Part shown: positions 16,061 to 42,300 of the stretch, in pieces
How positions within the stretch are numbered: position 1 is the first letter of the stretch
How the letters are laid out: the number at the start of each line of letters is the position of its first letter
Origin: Chrysomallon squamiferum
Taxonomy: Eukaryota > Animalia > Mollusca
Assembly (NCBI GenBank): GCA_012295275.1
Contig: CM022679.1
Coordinates: 16,306,001 to 16,370,000, forward strand
DNA length: 64,000 nt
Direction: 5' to 3'
Made by a program: the position numbers and the translations under genes
The notes under the pieces: model-generated
Database searches by the model: none
Told to the model about the DNA's origin: nothing
Seen by the model: only the letters and a program-made list of their open reading frames with translations

Positions 16061-18050
16061 ATAAACGTAACCACATCTGATCTGTTTATTAGTTAACGGG
16101 TATGTTGTTTGACAGAGAAGGGAATTTTTGATTACTACTAGACTGATCTATATTTAAAAATTAAGGATGTTTATACATATTTAAACGATTATATTTGTCA
16201 TTTTGAAGAATTATTTTTAACTATGACATAAAAGATTTTACTTTTTTTAGGGAGTTCTCTCTTTTTCAGGATTAAAAATATTAATGACATTTTCACTTCT
16301 GCGAAACGTAGAAACATATGATATATATGGCCTGACTTCTTGTCATTAAACGAAATCTGTTAGTCAGTATCCTCACTCAACAATGCACAGCGGTCATAAA
16401 AAAAAAGTGATCATGCAGTAATTATTTAATTATTTTTGTTCACCCAATTACATTAAATAAAAAAAAATATATAATAAAAAAAAGGTACGTTAATGAACAT
16501 GCTAAATAAATTTGATTTATCTGTCTGTTATATCAGTGTATTAAAAGATGTAACTAATTTTAATGAACCAAAACGAATTAGTCTGTGTGGGATTTTTTCA
16601 TATTTTTCTGGTATTGCTTAAGAAAAATGATGATTTGAAAACTGCTGCAGCTAAATAATTAAATCAGAAATTGTTAAGATATTGAATGTCAGTAAGTGTA
16701 TTTATGTTTTAATGGTGGTTGATATTATATTTCTTATTTCTATATTTATTTTATTTTTATTATTTTGTGTATATATATATATATATATTGCCAAGCAAAT
16801 ACACACAATCTAAAAAAAATATTTTTTCAAGACAACTATATCTTCATTTATAATGGTAAAAAGTAACTGAAGACATGAAAACTGTTATTATAACAATATT
16901 AATTCACAAATACTGAAACCTTTGTTTTTATAATTAAAAAAAATGTTGTTATAATATAAAAAAGAAATCAATGTAGAGCAATATAAAAATCATTGTTCAG
17001 TATATTCAGTTAAAACCCACCTGTTAAACATAAAGGTGAATCATGTTCATCCAGTTTTAAATACTTTATTTGTAGGCCACAAAATAACAGTCAATCTAAA
17101 ATCAGTATCATTACTAGCATTTCTTTTATTATTTGAATTAATATTTTTGCTGAATTTTAATGATACAGGTTTTTAAAAATATTTATTAACTAACATAAAG
17201 TAATAAAATTTGAAAGTAAGCATTGTAGGTGATACTAAATTATTGTAAAAAAGAAAGAAAGAAAAAAAAAAGAACTAGTGGTCTTTAAACAATTCCTTTG
17301 TATTCAAATCTTTAAAAATATATTTAATTTTTTTGACAGAAATTGCCAAATCCAAGCAATTATTACTTGCTGCATATAATAAAAATATTAACTTGGCAGT
17401 AAACAATCATTTATATTTTTCTTTAATGTTCACAAATATCCATAAAATATTTATATTTAACCGTAACAAAATCCAAGGTGAAAATGGATTATTAATTTTT
17501 CCAAAATCAATAACAGGACCAGTAATCTGTTATAATTTAAATTGCTTCAAGACAGATAAGTTATTTGAAAAAAAAAAAAAAAAAAAAAACAAACAGAATT
17601 GCTATAATTATAATTAAAAATAATTCATTTCAGGGGTAAGCAAGATCTAAATAATAGTTTGATAAATCATTTCTCTTCTTTCAAATAATTAACTGTTAAT
17701 TTATTTTTAAATATTCAGTTCTCCTCATTTGATCAATATTCTGTATAAAAATAGAAAAGAATAAACCCTCTCCCCTCAAAAACTAAAAAAAAAAAAAGAA
17801 GACACAAAAAGACAACAAAACAAAATATTTGCTAAACAATTTTTTTGAACTTTTATTTTTAAATAATATGAATTACATTATTTTAAATAAATCATTTTTC
17901 AAACTGATGTCTGTTGAACATTATGACTTTTATTTCTGGTTAAGGTGTTTAGTCAAGAAATCAGTCAAATGTTTTCACAGTATTTGTTAGTGTTTAATAA
18001 AACATAGAACAGGTTTTACATGTCAGACATTACACATGTACAGTATGTAA

Positions 18051-31076
<13,026 letters not shown>

Positions 31077-32536
31077 TGCATGTGTTAGTTTCTTAACAAA
31101 AAAACAACAAAATAAGTAATAAATAAACAAACAAACAAAACTAAAATAATAATTTTAAATGATCTCTGATTAATCTGAATTACAAGAAATGACATATACA
31201 CATAATACTGTTAATTATTAACTTAAAGTTAATACCGATCTATAATGAAGGCAACGACTGCTAGCCTACTAACAAGTAGAAGGGTAAAATATTTTAAAAT
31301 CGTTTAGTATTAAATATTTGTTAATCACTTAATGCCTACAAAATATGCCTTTTAATTTTATTTATTTATTATTCAATTTATTGTTATTATTATTATTATT
31401 ATTATTATTTTTGTTTTTTGTTGTTTTGTTTTTTTGGTAGAGGAAATAAGAACACTGACTCCCGCCTCTCAAAAACACCCCCTACACACAAAAATTCCTT
31501 TTGTTTTGACACATTACAATTAATTCACTTCATTTAATCATTTAGGATCTAGTTTTCATTTATATTAGTTTACTAATATTAATGGAGAACGATTAGATTA
31601 CATTTAAAGCTAAGCTGACAACTACCTCTGCTGTCGGTCATAAACCAGTGATAAATTATAATCGTCAAGTCACAAGTGGGTAGACGGTAAACGTGAAGTT
31701 ATAGGCAGCTTAGCCTCTCATTGACAGGACATTTATGGCGGTTGGTCTCACAAAATATGAACCCTGCAAAGTATTTATAAAGTTAAAAATTAATTTAGTT
31801 TTTGAATATCGGTGTTTAATTGAAACAAAAATGCTTTTCTTTTACTCAGTAAGAAATACATTTCGATTTCCCCGCCATTTCTATTTTTGACAGTTCGTGT
31901 TTTTCTACCGTTTTTCTAAGGAGCACCATCGTTACGGGTGGCTTTTTTTCTTCTTTTTTTTTGAACTTATTATTATTTGTTTTTAATTGATAAGTTAAAA
32001 CAAATTTTAAAATTTTGTAACACCAAGTTTGCAAGAGTTATCATCATTCTCCAATTCTCCAACTTATTTATTTATTTATTATTCATGTATTTATTAGATC
32101 ATAATAATTTATCACATTTAACTTTTATGTGATTAAATATAAACATCTTATGTACTGAACTAGTTTAGTTTATAGCATAGCATCATGAGAACAGTACAAA
32201 TTACTCAAATTTTGACTCTATCCACCTTCCATTGCAACAGCCAGCCCATACACAGGGAAGGTCTCATAGTCTGTAAATATGTGTTGAGGAGGTGCAAAAA
32301 AAAAAAAAAAAATAGTTTTTAATAATTCATTTTTGTTTAAATTTGTTTGCTTATAATTATGACAAATGAAATACAAAATCATGTAAGGCCAGAACAAAGT
32401 TGCATATTTTTATTAATAATCAATGCACTAAACACACTCTTAATTTAGTTATCATTATTTCAACCATGCAGACACTGATTTAAATCATGATTCTGAGAAT
32501 CACATTATAATTTTTTTTTTAATTAAACAAGATGTT

Positions 32537-32541
32537 CACAC

Positions 32542-32586
<45 letters not shown>
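32537..32586. repeat. (CA)n microsatellite
   Basis: Near-perfect CA run. Confidence 0.9.
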
Positions 32587-32588
<2 letters not shown>

Positions 32589-32843
32589 AAATACTCAATA
32601 GAGATACTTTTTTTTTTTTTCTTAACTCTTAATTAGAAAATCACACATATACAGACCATATTTTTTATTTATTTCTTTGTTGTTGTTGGGGTTCTTTATT
32701 GTTTTTTGTGTTTTTGTTTGCTGTTTTATTTTTTTGGAATTATTGACAAAATACTGAAATAAAAGCATGTAAAGTGTTCCTTAATAAAATACATAATGTT
32801 AAATATTTAAATACAGGCAATCAACCATTCTAAAAACAATTTG

Positions 32844-32885
<42 letters not shown>

Positions 32886-33831
32886 TTACTTCATTTAAAA
32901 AAAAATAGAAGTTGATATAACACAATCTGACATAAAGCATATATACACACCAAATTCATGTTATGATAAAATAAAAGTAAAAGCTTTTTAAAAATTAGTA
33001 TTTTGCTTTAACATGATCTGAAAAATTCTCTAGAAATCAGATTATAGATATTATAAAAATTTATGTAATGCTAAATTTATAAACATAAATATGTATGATA
33101 TGCAGTAACTTAAATATGTATCCACATTTTTCTAAAAATAAAATACTGCAGTAAAGTCAGCAGCAGGATGTGATATCCATGATATAAAACTATGACCAAA
33201 TTTTGAAATAACAGTCAATGAAAAATTTCCTGCAACTGAATTTTTAGATATTAATAAGTTTATAAAGTTATTATTCATATCAAATGAAATATTTTAAATG
33301 TTTTAGCCAAAATGTTTGTTTTTAATTATAAAATATTGAAATAACTTCCTACAAAACAATTTAATGTTCTACCCAATATATTATAATTAATATTATTATT
33401 ATTTAAAATTTTGCAATAGCAGCAATAGAGACATTTATAAAACAATGATATATTCATATTTCCATCCAATAGTCAAGAAGTGTATTACCCATGCAATCTT
33501 TGTAGTCATTGGTTATTTAACAATACAGTGTATCATATATAAGTTTTGACACATTTACTAATTGCATGCTGTTTTTGTAAACATGAAGAAAAATTTGTTT
33601 ACGTATATAATATATATATCAGGTCCTTGGAGTGCATTCTTTGTCTGAAAAGCTGTCATGTGTTAATCAGCTGTTACATCACTGTTCAAGTCAGTTCAAA
33701 CATGCTGGGTTTCTTCTTGCAGCATATGTATGTATGTATGATTACATGATACTTTTGATGGTACCAGCAAACTTAAAAATAGCTGATCTAAATGAATATA
33801 AACCCAAAATTAATGTTAATTAGTATATTAG

Positions 33832-34522
33832 CTGGGATCAGTAGTGAACCAACATTTTTGGGCCCTGAAACTTTAACAGTTACTGGTGTTCTTTGCAAGC
33901 AGCAACCAGGTCTTGGTAACTAGTCTTATCTTCTTTTATGGCAATCATTTAACATTTTGAAGAAATGTGGACTCAGCTTGGATTAGGGTCCTTAAAGCTC
34001 AAACTTCATTAGTTTCTAAACAGATCCACACCAGTGATATCCATCAAAATGTCTGCCTGGGCTGTTCTCTTCCAGAGGATGCTCGGGCTACCCAGAATGC
34101 AGAAAAATGCATGTCCTGCATTCTAGATTTAAAAAGATTTCGGGGAGGCATGCCCCACACTTTCCTAGCAACTTGTTGATTAAGCACCCTTCCTCCCTGT
34201 ATACATTTCTCTGTAAAGGCCTGAACAGTGACATATATCTTAATTAAAATGTATGCTGTAGCAGTCTTAAGTTTTCATTACTGCTAGCAATTCTGATGAA
34301 ATTGCACTCAGGACTAGCTACTTGCATCCAAACTGATTTAAGTTTGACAGTAGTTAGTGTTGAAAACAATAAACAAATCTATAAACTATTACAATCAATA
34401 AAACCAATACCAGCATATTTGACTTTTATTATGTTTTTTCTTAAAATTCTTAAAGGTCAGTAACACACCCCTTTTAAGTCTGAGTCCCAGGCCTTGTTGT
34501 TCTAATGGTACTACTGGCCCAG
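33832..34522. mobile_element. Putative degenerate non-autonomous DNA element (MITE-like), intergenic
   Basis: Imperfect terminal inverted repeats CTGGGATCAGTAGTGAACCA and TGGTACTACTGGCCCAG. GC-richer interior with CCAGAATGCA...TTTCGGGGAGGCATGCCCCAC, similar to 49532-49596. No target-site duplication visible. Confidence 0.45.
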
Positions 34523-36355
34523 ATTGCACTAAAAATGTAAATTCATCAAAAAAAAAAAAAAAAAATAAGTAATAAAATCCCCAGTAATGAAAAATACTTT
34601 AAACACTAAGCACATGAAATATTTATTAATAATTAAAAAAAAAAAAAAAATAAAATAAAATAAATAAAAGCAGAAACAGTGATTTTGAAAAATCATTTTA
34701 ATAATAGTTCGAGTTACAGGTAAGAGTTAGTCAAAATAAAATCAAAAAGCTAAATTAATAATAAAGGCAAATCATCTTAGTAATTTCAATATACATTTCA
34801 ATATCCATGCCACAGTATTACATTAAACAAAAAAATTGAATCATGTTTTTCCAATACAAATTAATATAAAAAGAAAAATCAAAGCAAAGTTTCAAACTGA
34901 AAGTTTTCACATTTAAAAAAAGTGCTTGTGTGCTTTTTATGAATTCTTAAAATATAATTGTGGGTGCATATGTGTATGTATTACTATAATTGTTAAACAA
35001 ACTGAAAAAACAAAAAGGTCAAAAGTAATCATTTCAAAGAGATACATAGAATTACATATATCAACACAATTAAATACAAAAATCAACACACATAAATGTT
35101 ATCCTCTATTTAAACCACTTATTTAAGGATAGCTACTTAGTATTTTCTGAAGATTTTTGCAAACTTCATGATTAATTATAAGAAAATTAAAGAAATAGTT
35201 ATCCATGGAATGTGTTTATTTACAAATGTACTTCTACAGCCATTCAAAATTACACTGTTATTGTTAAATAAATACAGATGTATATATTATTAATTAATTA
35301 ATTAAAACAATTAAGACCAATCCACTTCATTGCAATTTACAAATGATGCATACAAATTGTTTTTAATAATATATCCAGTAACCCAATTTAGGCAAAACTC
35401 AATATATCTAGCCAAAGTAAAGTTATATTTTAATCATATTGCATAATTTTAGATATTACACCGCAACCTTTAATACCATACAATATAAATGTTTTATATT
35501 ATTTTGGTTATATTTATTTAAATTCAAAATGATAATATTAACACGAGATAAATGACCTAGATCATTTTATTTCCCAGGAAAACAACAATAAAAAAAAAAT
35601 AAAAAATAAAATGTAATAGTTTAAAAAACTTGTCAAAAACAAAGACTGCAAATTAGTCAACTTCATAATTTTAAAAACTCACAGAAAGAAAAATTAACGA
35701 ATGAAGATATTTCAAGAAACAAAAAAAAAGAAAATTAAATAAATAATAAAGATTATACATTTATTAACCTTTGGCTTTTCTACCAAAAATACTTCCACAA
35801 TCAGTATATCATATTACTGTTTTAACTATAACGTTTCAATCTTTCTACTTCTAGGCAAAATGTTTATTAAGCCTTTTTTGGAAGCTCAGATATTTTTAGC
35901 TAAAAATCTGATTTCAGATACTGTTTATTCTGTATATTACACATAACAAACATTTAACACCTATAACATCACTGAACAAAGCTTTTAAAAAGGATCAATT
36001 TAATAAAATGATGTTATCAAATAGCAGATATCAACATGTAATTAAGTACAGTAAAAATACCATTCACCAGCCAAGAACTAAACTATAAGCAAACAAAACT
36101 GATAATCACAAAGTCTTAAATATTTATCAAACAACAAGAATACACTTACACAAATATATTTGTAATTAAAAAAGGTTAAAAGGAAATAAAAGAATACAAA
36201 ATTAAGAGAATATATAATGAATGAAACACACTGAAAAACATTTTGTTATTAGTCATAGATGTTCATCTGTAACATTTAGACAATCATTCTTTAGTTGAAA
36301 TGTTTTCTTTTTTCAATTGCATGTTCAGAGTATGTTTTTTTTCCAGAATGACAAT

Positions 36356-39300
36356 TTAACGATTTGTCAACAGCGTGACAAAATTATCAGCATCAATTAG
36401 TTTCCCATCTTGTTCATATTTATTCAGAAGCTGCCTCCACATAGAGTTGCGACTTAGCAGATACTTGTTGCCTGAAAAAAAAAAAATTATAATAATTTGT
36501 ACTTTTTATGTTAATATTTGTCATTTATGTTAATGCAGTATTTTTATGAAATACTGACAAACACTCTGATATAGTAATTTAAACTCTAATTAATAATCCA
36601 ACATTATTTAATAATTATTCTTTTCATTATTATTACTCCACAATCCACTGCAGAAATGGGAAATAAACAGAAACAAAATATTAATAATTTTATAAAACAC
36701 TTTTCAACAATTTAATTTAAAATGATTTAAAGAAGGCAGATAAACCCCACAATGTTTCAGTATAATCAATAGTTTAAAATATTTGGAAGTGAATATACCA
36801 ATAATTATTAGTCCTTGTCTCGCTCTAGTTATTGCAACATTCACTTGATTTTCTACAGAGACTAATCCCATGTTCCTCATAATCCATCCACTTGTTGGCT
36901 GAGGTTCTATCTGGGTTCTTGGAAGGGATCGAACAGTAGAAAATATTACATAGTCCCATTCATTTCCTGGAAAAATGGAATCAAATGAAGTGAATTATTA
37001 TTATTGTTTTAGCATAAACCTTCTTTCAGCAAATAAAGGCTAAACAAGAAATTAATTAAAAGTGTCCAGATTTATAAAAACAAAACAGATACTATAGGCA
37101 AGGATATGTGTTTTGAAAAACATATTCACAGCAGATAAAGAAACCCCAACCACATGCTCCCTTCAAAAAATCTGCTTTTTTTTTTAGATGGATTAATTAC
37201 ACAATCTTCAAAATAGTGAAGGCAAACACATTGACTTCAAAACATCAGTGAAATATATTCTGTTCAATATTCTTCTGACATTTTTGTTGTTGGTCAGATA
37301 AGCCGACTCTATAAAGAATCTTTTGTTGTAGTATCTTTAAAGTACTATCTCATTTCTGAATGAAACTTTTACATTTAATTTTAAAACAGACTGATAAATA
37401 TTTGTCATTTTTCTTTCAAATAACTCCAAAGTAATAGTTTATCCAAAGCCATTGTCAGTTCAACGTGACTGGCTTGCATTGTTCCTAGCAAACTGATATA
37501 TAAAAATCTAACCTTGTATACAGAAATATTACTAAATATTAAAAACAACAACAACAAAAAAAACACATCTTTAAATATGATGTTTTGCAGTAGTGTTTTC
37601 AAAAAGAAAATTGTAAATAATGTTGTGTATAACTTATGTATGTGTGTAATGTGTTTTATGGGTGATTGTGTGCTTGTCTTTGTAAAAATAAAAACCTGAA
37701 AGTTAGTTTAAAAAAAGAAGAATATTAAATAAACTCACCTTGACTAGCCACTACAGTGCGGACAGAAATAGATGTTAATCGTTCTGATATTAATTTCTTT
37801 AAAATAGCTTCACACTGTGCATCATACTGTGAAAGGATAGCAATGTCTGCTTCATTCACATGATGTCGTTGAACCAATTCAGTAGCAATGGATGCCTGAA
37901 ATAAAGATATATTAAACATTTCTGAATTGGGTAGGCATTTCTGAATCTTAGACAAATATTCTTACTGTGCTACTGAATAAAACATATGCTTTATGCAAGC
38001 ATTTACACAAAGGGGCATTCAAGTGCATGCATGTGCACACACACACACAGATGCAACTACAACAACAACAAAAAAAGAATGATCTAAACATTACATACAG
38101 CAAGATGCTCCTCTGTCTCATTAATGAAGGAATAGATATTTCCCTCTGCTGTGGACACGGTTACAGAATTTTCCTTTCCAACTACATGACAAAATGTTAC
38201 TGGTTTATTGGATCCATTTGGCCAGAATCTCAGTGAATCAGGTTGATGCTGTGTCCTGTTACCACTCTTCAGTTTGTCTTTGTAGAAATATTTAGAAGGA
38301 AACTCTGCTATACCTTCATGCTAGAAGAAAATTTAAAAAAGAAAAGAAAATAATACAAAAATGTCAGAAACCTGAAGAATGTTTTTTTTTTTTTTTTTTT
38401 TAAAGAAACATTCTACTTGCTTAAAAAATAAAAAAAAATAAAGAAAAGAATATCAAAATTAATAAAATAAGATTTTTTAAGCTTAACTTTAAAAGTTAAA
38501 TAAAATAAATTTAAAAAAAAAATAACCAAATTGATTGATTACTTAATTTTGATTGGTTATCTTTTTTCCAAATAAAATATTTATATTTTTTGAAAGTTGG
38601 TATTGATAAACAAATGATTAAAATAAAGACCTTCATTATATTATTACTTTTAGTTTTTGATTTCCTTCCCCACACCCCAAAAATAATAATAAACATTTGC
38701 AGAAACATCTAACTAAATTAACTGAAAAATCTGAAACTATTAGCACTGTTTCATTTTATTGGTATTTTAAAACTTAAAAACTCAAAAAAAGAAAAAAAGT
38801 ATAATGCTCACCATACGGTAATGAATGTTTAATGTTATTGCTTTCTCCGAGTAACGTTCAATCAATGATTTTTCAAGACCCAGGTTTTTTGTAATTTGAT
38901 TAGTGACAACTGGTTGAAGTTGTTTATGGTCACCAAACAGAACTATCTGCTTAACTCCACAGAACAGAATAATTGGAATCATACTTTCTGGCTCCATACA
39001 CATGCCACAGTCATCAACTATTATCTGAAAGAGTAAAAATCATTCAAAACATATTGCTTTTGTTTCATTTTAGCTATAGTTAATTTTTCTGTGTTATGAA
39101 CATGTCTGAACAAAATTAATCACCGAGGCATTTATAAAAAATAAATAATTGAAAATCTTTTTAAACCACTAAAAACCTCCAGCAAAAGAGTTACTACAGA
39201 ATGACAATATTATGTACTTCAAAACTCTCACCTGTGTAATGTTTGTACTGTAATTCATTTTTGGACTGGAACTGGAGGAGCAAGTACTCAGAATGATTTC

Positions 39301-42300
39301 AGCTTTCTGTAGCTCAATCTTTGATGCCTCAGTGACAGTTTTCATATACTCCGCAGCCTGGTCTTGTGAAAAATCATCAGGGTACATACTAAACAGCATG
39401 TCATACTCATTTATTCTTTGACTTAAATAATTTTCAGGCTCTCGAATCAGATGGTGTAAGGCAATTCTTTTAAAAGATGGATCAGTCAAAATGGCAGATG
39501 ATTTGGATTTTTCAGATGGTAGAGTGTTTTGAGGCAAAGGGAATTCTGCTTGTTCTATTTCTTCACTGTAGACTCGGACTATGCGAGGACATTTTGAACC
39601 TGTCCTTAACAAATAATCTGAAGTGAGAGCAGAAGAAAGATAGATGTTAATAAATAAAATAAAAATTATATCTAGCTACAAAATCAAAATACACTGTCAC
39701 ACAAGAATTTGCAAATAAAATTTTAAAAATGTTACAGTTGGTAAAATACTTTCTGTTAAACATTTCTGAGACAGATCCACAGACTGACAAATAAAAATAA
39801 GATTTAAAAAAATTTGTAAATACAACCAGTACTTTATTTCAGTCTCTGTCTACTAGGAATATACTCACCAGCAACAACATCAACAGATTTATTTGATGGT
39901 CCACAGATCAAAATTTGAGGTTGTACTTTAAACTGGTTTCCTGGCATCTGTCTGTTTTGTTCTACAAGCAGTATTGCTAACTGGACAGCTGCAATTGTTT
40001 TCCCTGTTCCAGGAGGACCTTGGATTACGGTAAATGGGTTTACAAGAGCTTGTTGTATGGCATCTTCTTGAGCTGGATTCAGTGACACTATTCGTACAGA
40101 AGGTGACCTCAGTGACTTTATTTCTGGATGTTCCACTGAAATAAAGAACCATTCTTTTTCTCAAAATTGCATAGATATTTTTTACAATAAAGTAAACAAA
40201 TTCATTATCCAACAGATGTTTCTGGACAGACTAACAATAAACAAAACTTTATTTCTTAAACAGAGTGGTACTTTGACTTAGGAGTTTAATTCATTCACTG
40301 ACCAAGCTCATAACTCAATTTTCTCAACTGAAATTAATTGAAATAGGATTAATCCATTCCAGCCCCCACAAAACCACCCCATTATTTTGTAATGTTTTTT
40401 TTAATAAGAAATATGTATTTATAAATGACAAATATTGTAAAAAAAAACAAAATAAAAGAGAATGTAAAGAAATTAATTGGTTTTGAGTGTATTTGAACAA
40501 ATGCCTTTTTATTCAGTTTCAGTAACTAATAATGGTATTACACAGTGCTGTGTAATAAGCCAATATACAAGCTGGAAACTAAACTTACTATTTTTTACTG
40601 GTTTTCTTCCTAAAGCAATGTCTTTAGCCAGATCAGATCCTTCCTGAAGACGTCTCACAGCAAACTCCATTCGTCTGCAAGTAATGTATACTTTTTAAAA
40701 CACTATTAAACAGTTCAGTTTATTTTAAAGAACAACTGAACAATGATATATTTCATGATTCAAATGGACTCTGGAAGTAGATGAAAGCTGATGAATTGCT
40801 CTCTAATAGATGCATAATTCTTCTTGGATATAATAACTATCTAATAATACTCATGATTGATATCAAATAATTGTTACAAACAAAAACTCATTCACTGATA
40901 CAAGTCTATATCAAGAGGTAAATGTACCACCTTTATCATTTTGTGAATAAAGAATTGTACTAAATTATACTCAAGGAAAACCTACTACACCATCTTACCT
41001 ATGTTGTTGTGTTTTAGGAATCCATTCAATTGTACAGTTGATAGCTGAACCTTTCCGCAACAGATCATCTGGAAATTGAACTGCACTCTGATTTAATCTG
41101 ATCTGAATTATTAATACTCCAGTCTTTCCCTTTTTCACTGATGTTATGCAACAGTGTCCAACCCAAGTGACTGGTTTTTTATCATCCATAAGAGCTGATA
41201 CTTTTTTCACAATATTAGGATCACATGGAAATGTCAGGTTTTTGTAGCGAACACAAATAAAGTCCTGGAAATAGCTTTGTGACAACGAGCTGTTCAAGTG
41301 ATCAACTAGATCATCAAACAGAACATCTTTTGGAAACTTGATATTCCTTTCCTTGCAGAAGTCAATGGGCAACAGAAAAGTACCATCAACTTTAAATATA
41401 CCAGCAGAAGACTGATCTTTGTTCCATTGAATATTAATGTTGTGTATGTAAACACTTTCATGGTTATTTACTGCACATGAAGCAGATTCTATTTCTAAAA
41501 CAGGTAACCATGATTTCTGATATGCACTTTCATCTGGGTAGGTTTCTTTGGGAGCACTGACATCAGTCCCCTCTGTGAAACAAGACACTGGAGAAGAACG
41601 GTGTTCAATACATATGTCTAGACTAGGTGTCAGACTAAAAAGCTGAAGAGTTGGTCGAAGCAGGCCCTTGCTTACTTCTGAGGCAATCTGTACTTGAAGT
41701 ACCATACATGTATGGAAAGTTAATGAGAATTCAACAAAAGGTTTATTTCTCTTATTACTTAATTCACATGTGACATCTGTTGCAAAATTACCATTCACTT
41801 CTGAAGAACTGACCAAATGTTGAACTGATTTCAGAGACTCGTGCAGTTTGTCAGATTCTTCTGTCCGTATGGCTGTCAAGAGCTTTTGCCAGTGAAATGC
41901 AGGAATCGTAACAACAAATTTATCTGGATTCAGCTCAGCTGTTCCCTTAATATTTTCTGATTCTGAAATTTTTGTTATCATAGATTCGTTCTTGCCATTT
42001 CAGATAAATTTCTTTTGCTTTCACAGATATAATTGGTTTTTCATTTGGCATCAATGTATCTAATGGAATCTTGCTGTTCTTGTGGGGAATTTCCTTAAGT
42101 GTAGGATACTGCAAACTTAAATATTTTTCATCAACATCCTCAATTATTGGATTTAGAACTAAAGGCCTGTATTTCAGAGAAGAACTCAAACATAGGGAAA
42201 AAACCTCCTCTTCGTATCTGTCTGCTTTCATTACAGCATCAGAGTTGAGGGTGCAGAGAGCTTGAAGATCTTGCTTACTGTAAGGACAAGGTTTGTGATC

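Noticed and set aside
31846-31960. Short ATGGCG-initiated ORF / possible non-coding first exon of RAD54B
   Set aside because: Plausible as a 5' UTR exon with a YY1-like site, but its boundaries cannot be supported from sequence alone.
41965-41971. A_AAT_TTC forms an in-frame X_XXY_YYZ -1 slippery heptamer at the HELZ2 frame break
   Set aside because: A -1 shift enters a frame that stops after about a dozen codons (..CTG AGC TGA). Reaching the downstream ORF needs +1 or -2.
41946-42024. A small intron that could rescue the frameshift (GTGAAA...TTAAG, 79 nt)
   Set aside because: Weak splice signals, no polypyrimidine tract, and it would delete the homolog-like LKWQERIYD segment.
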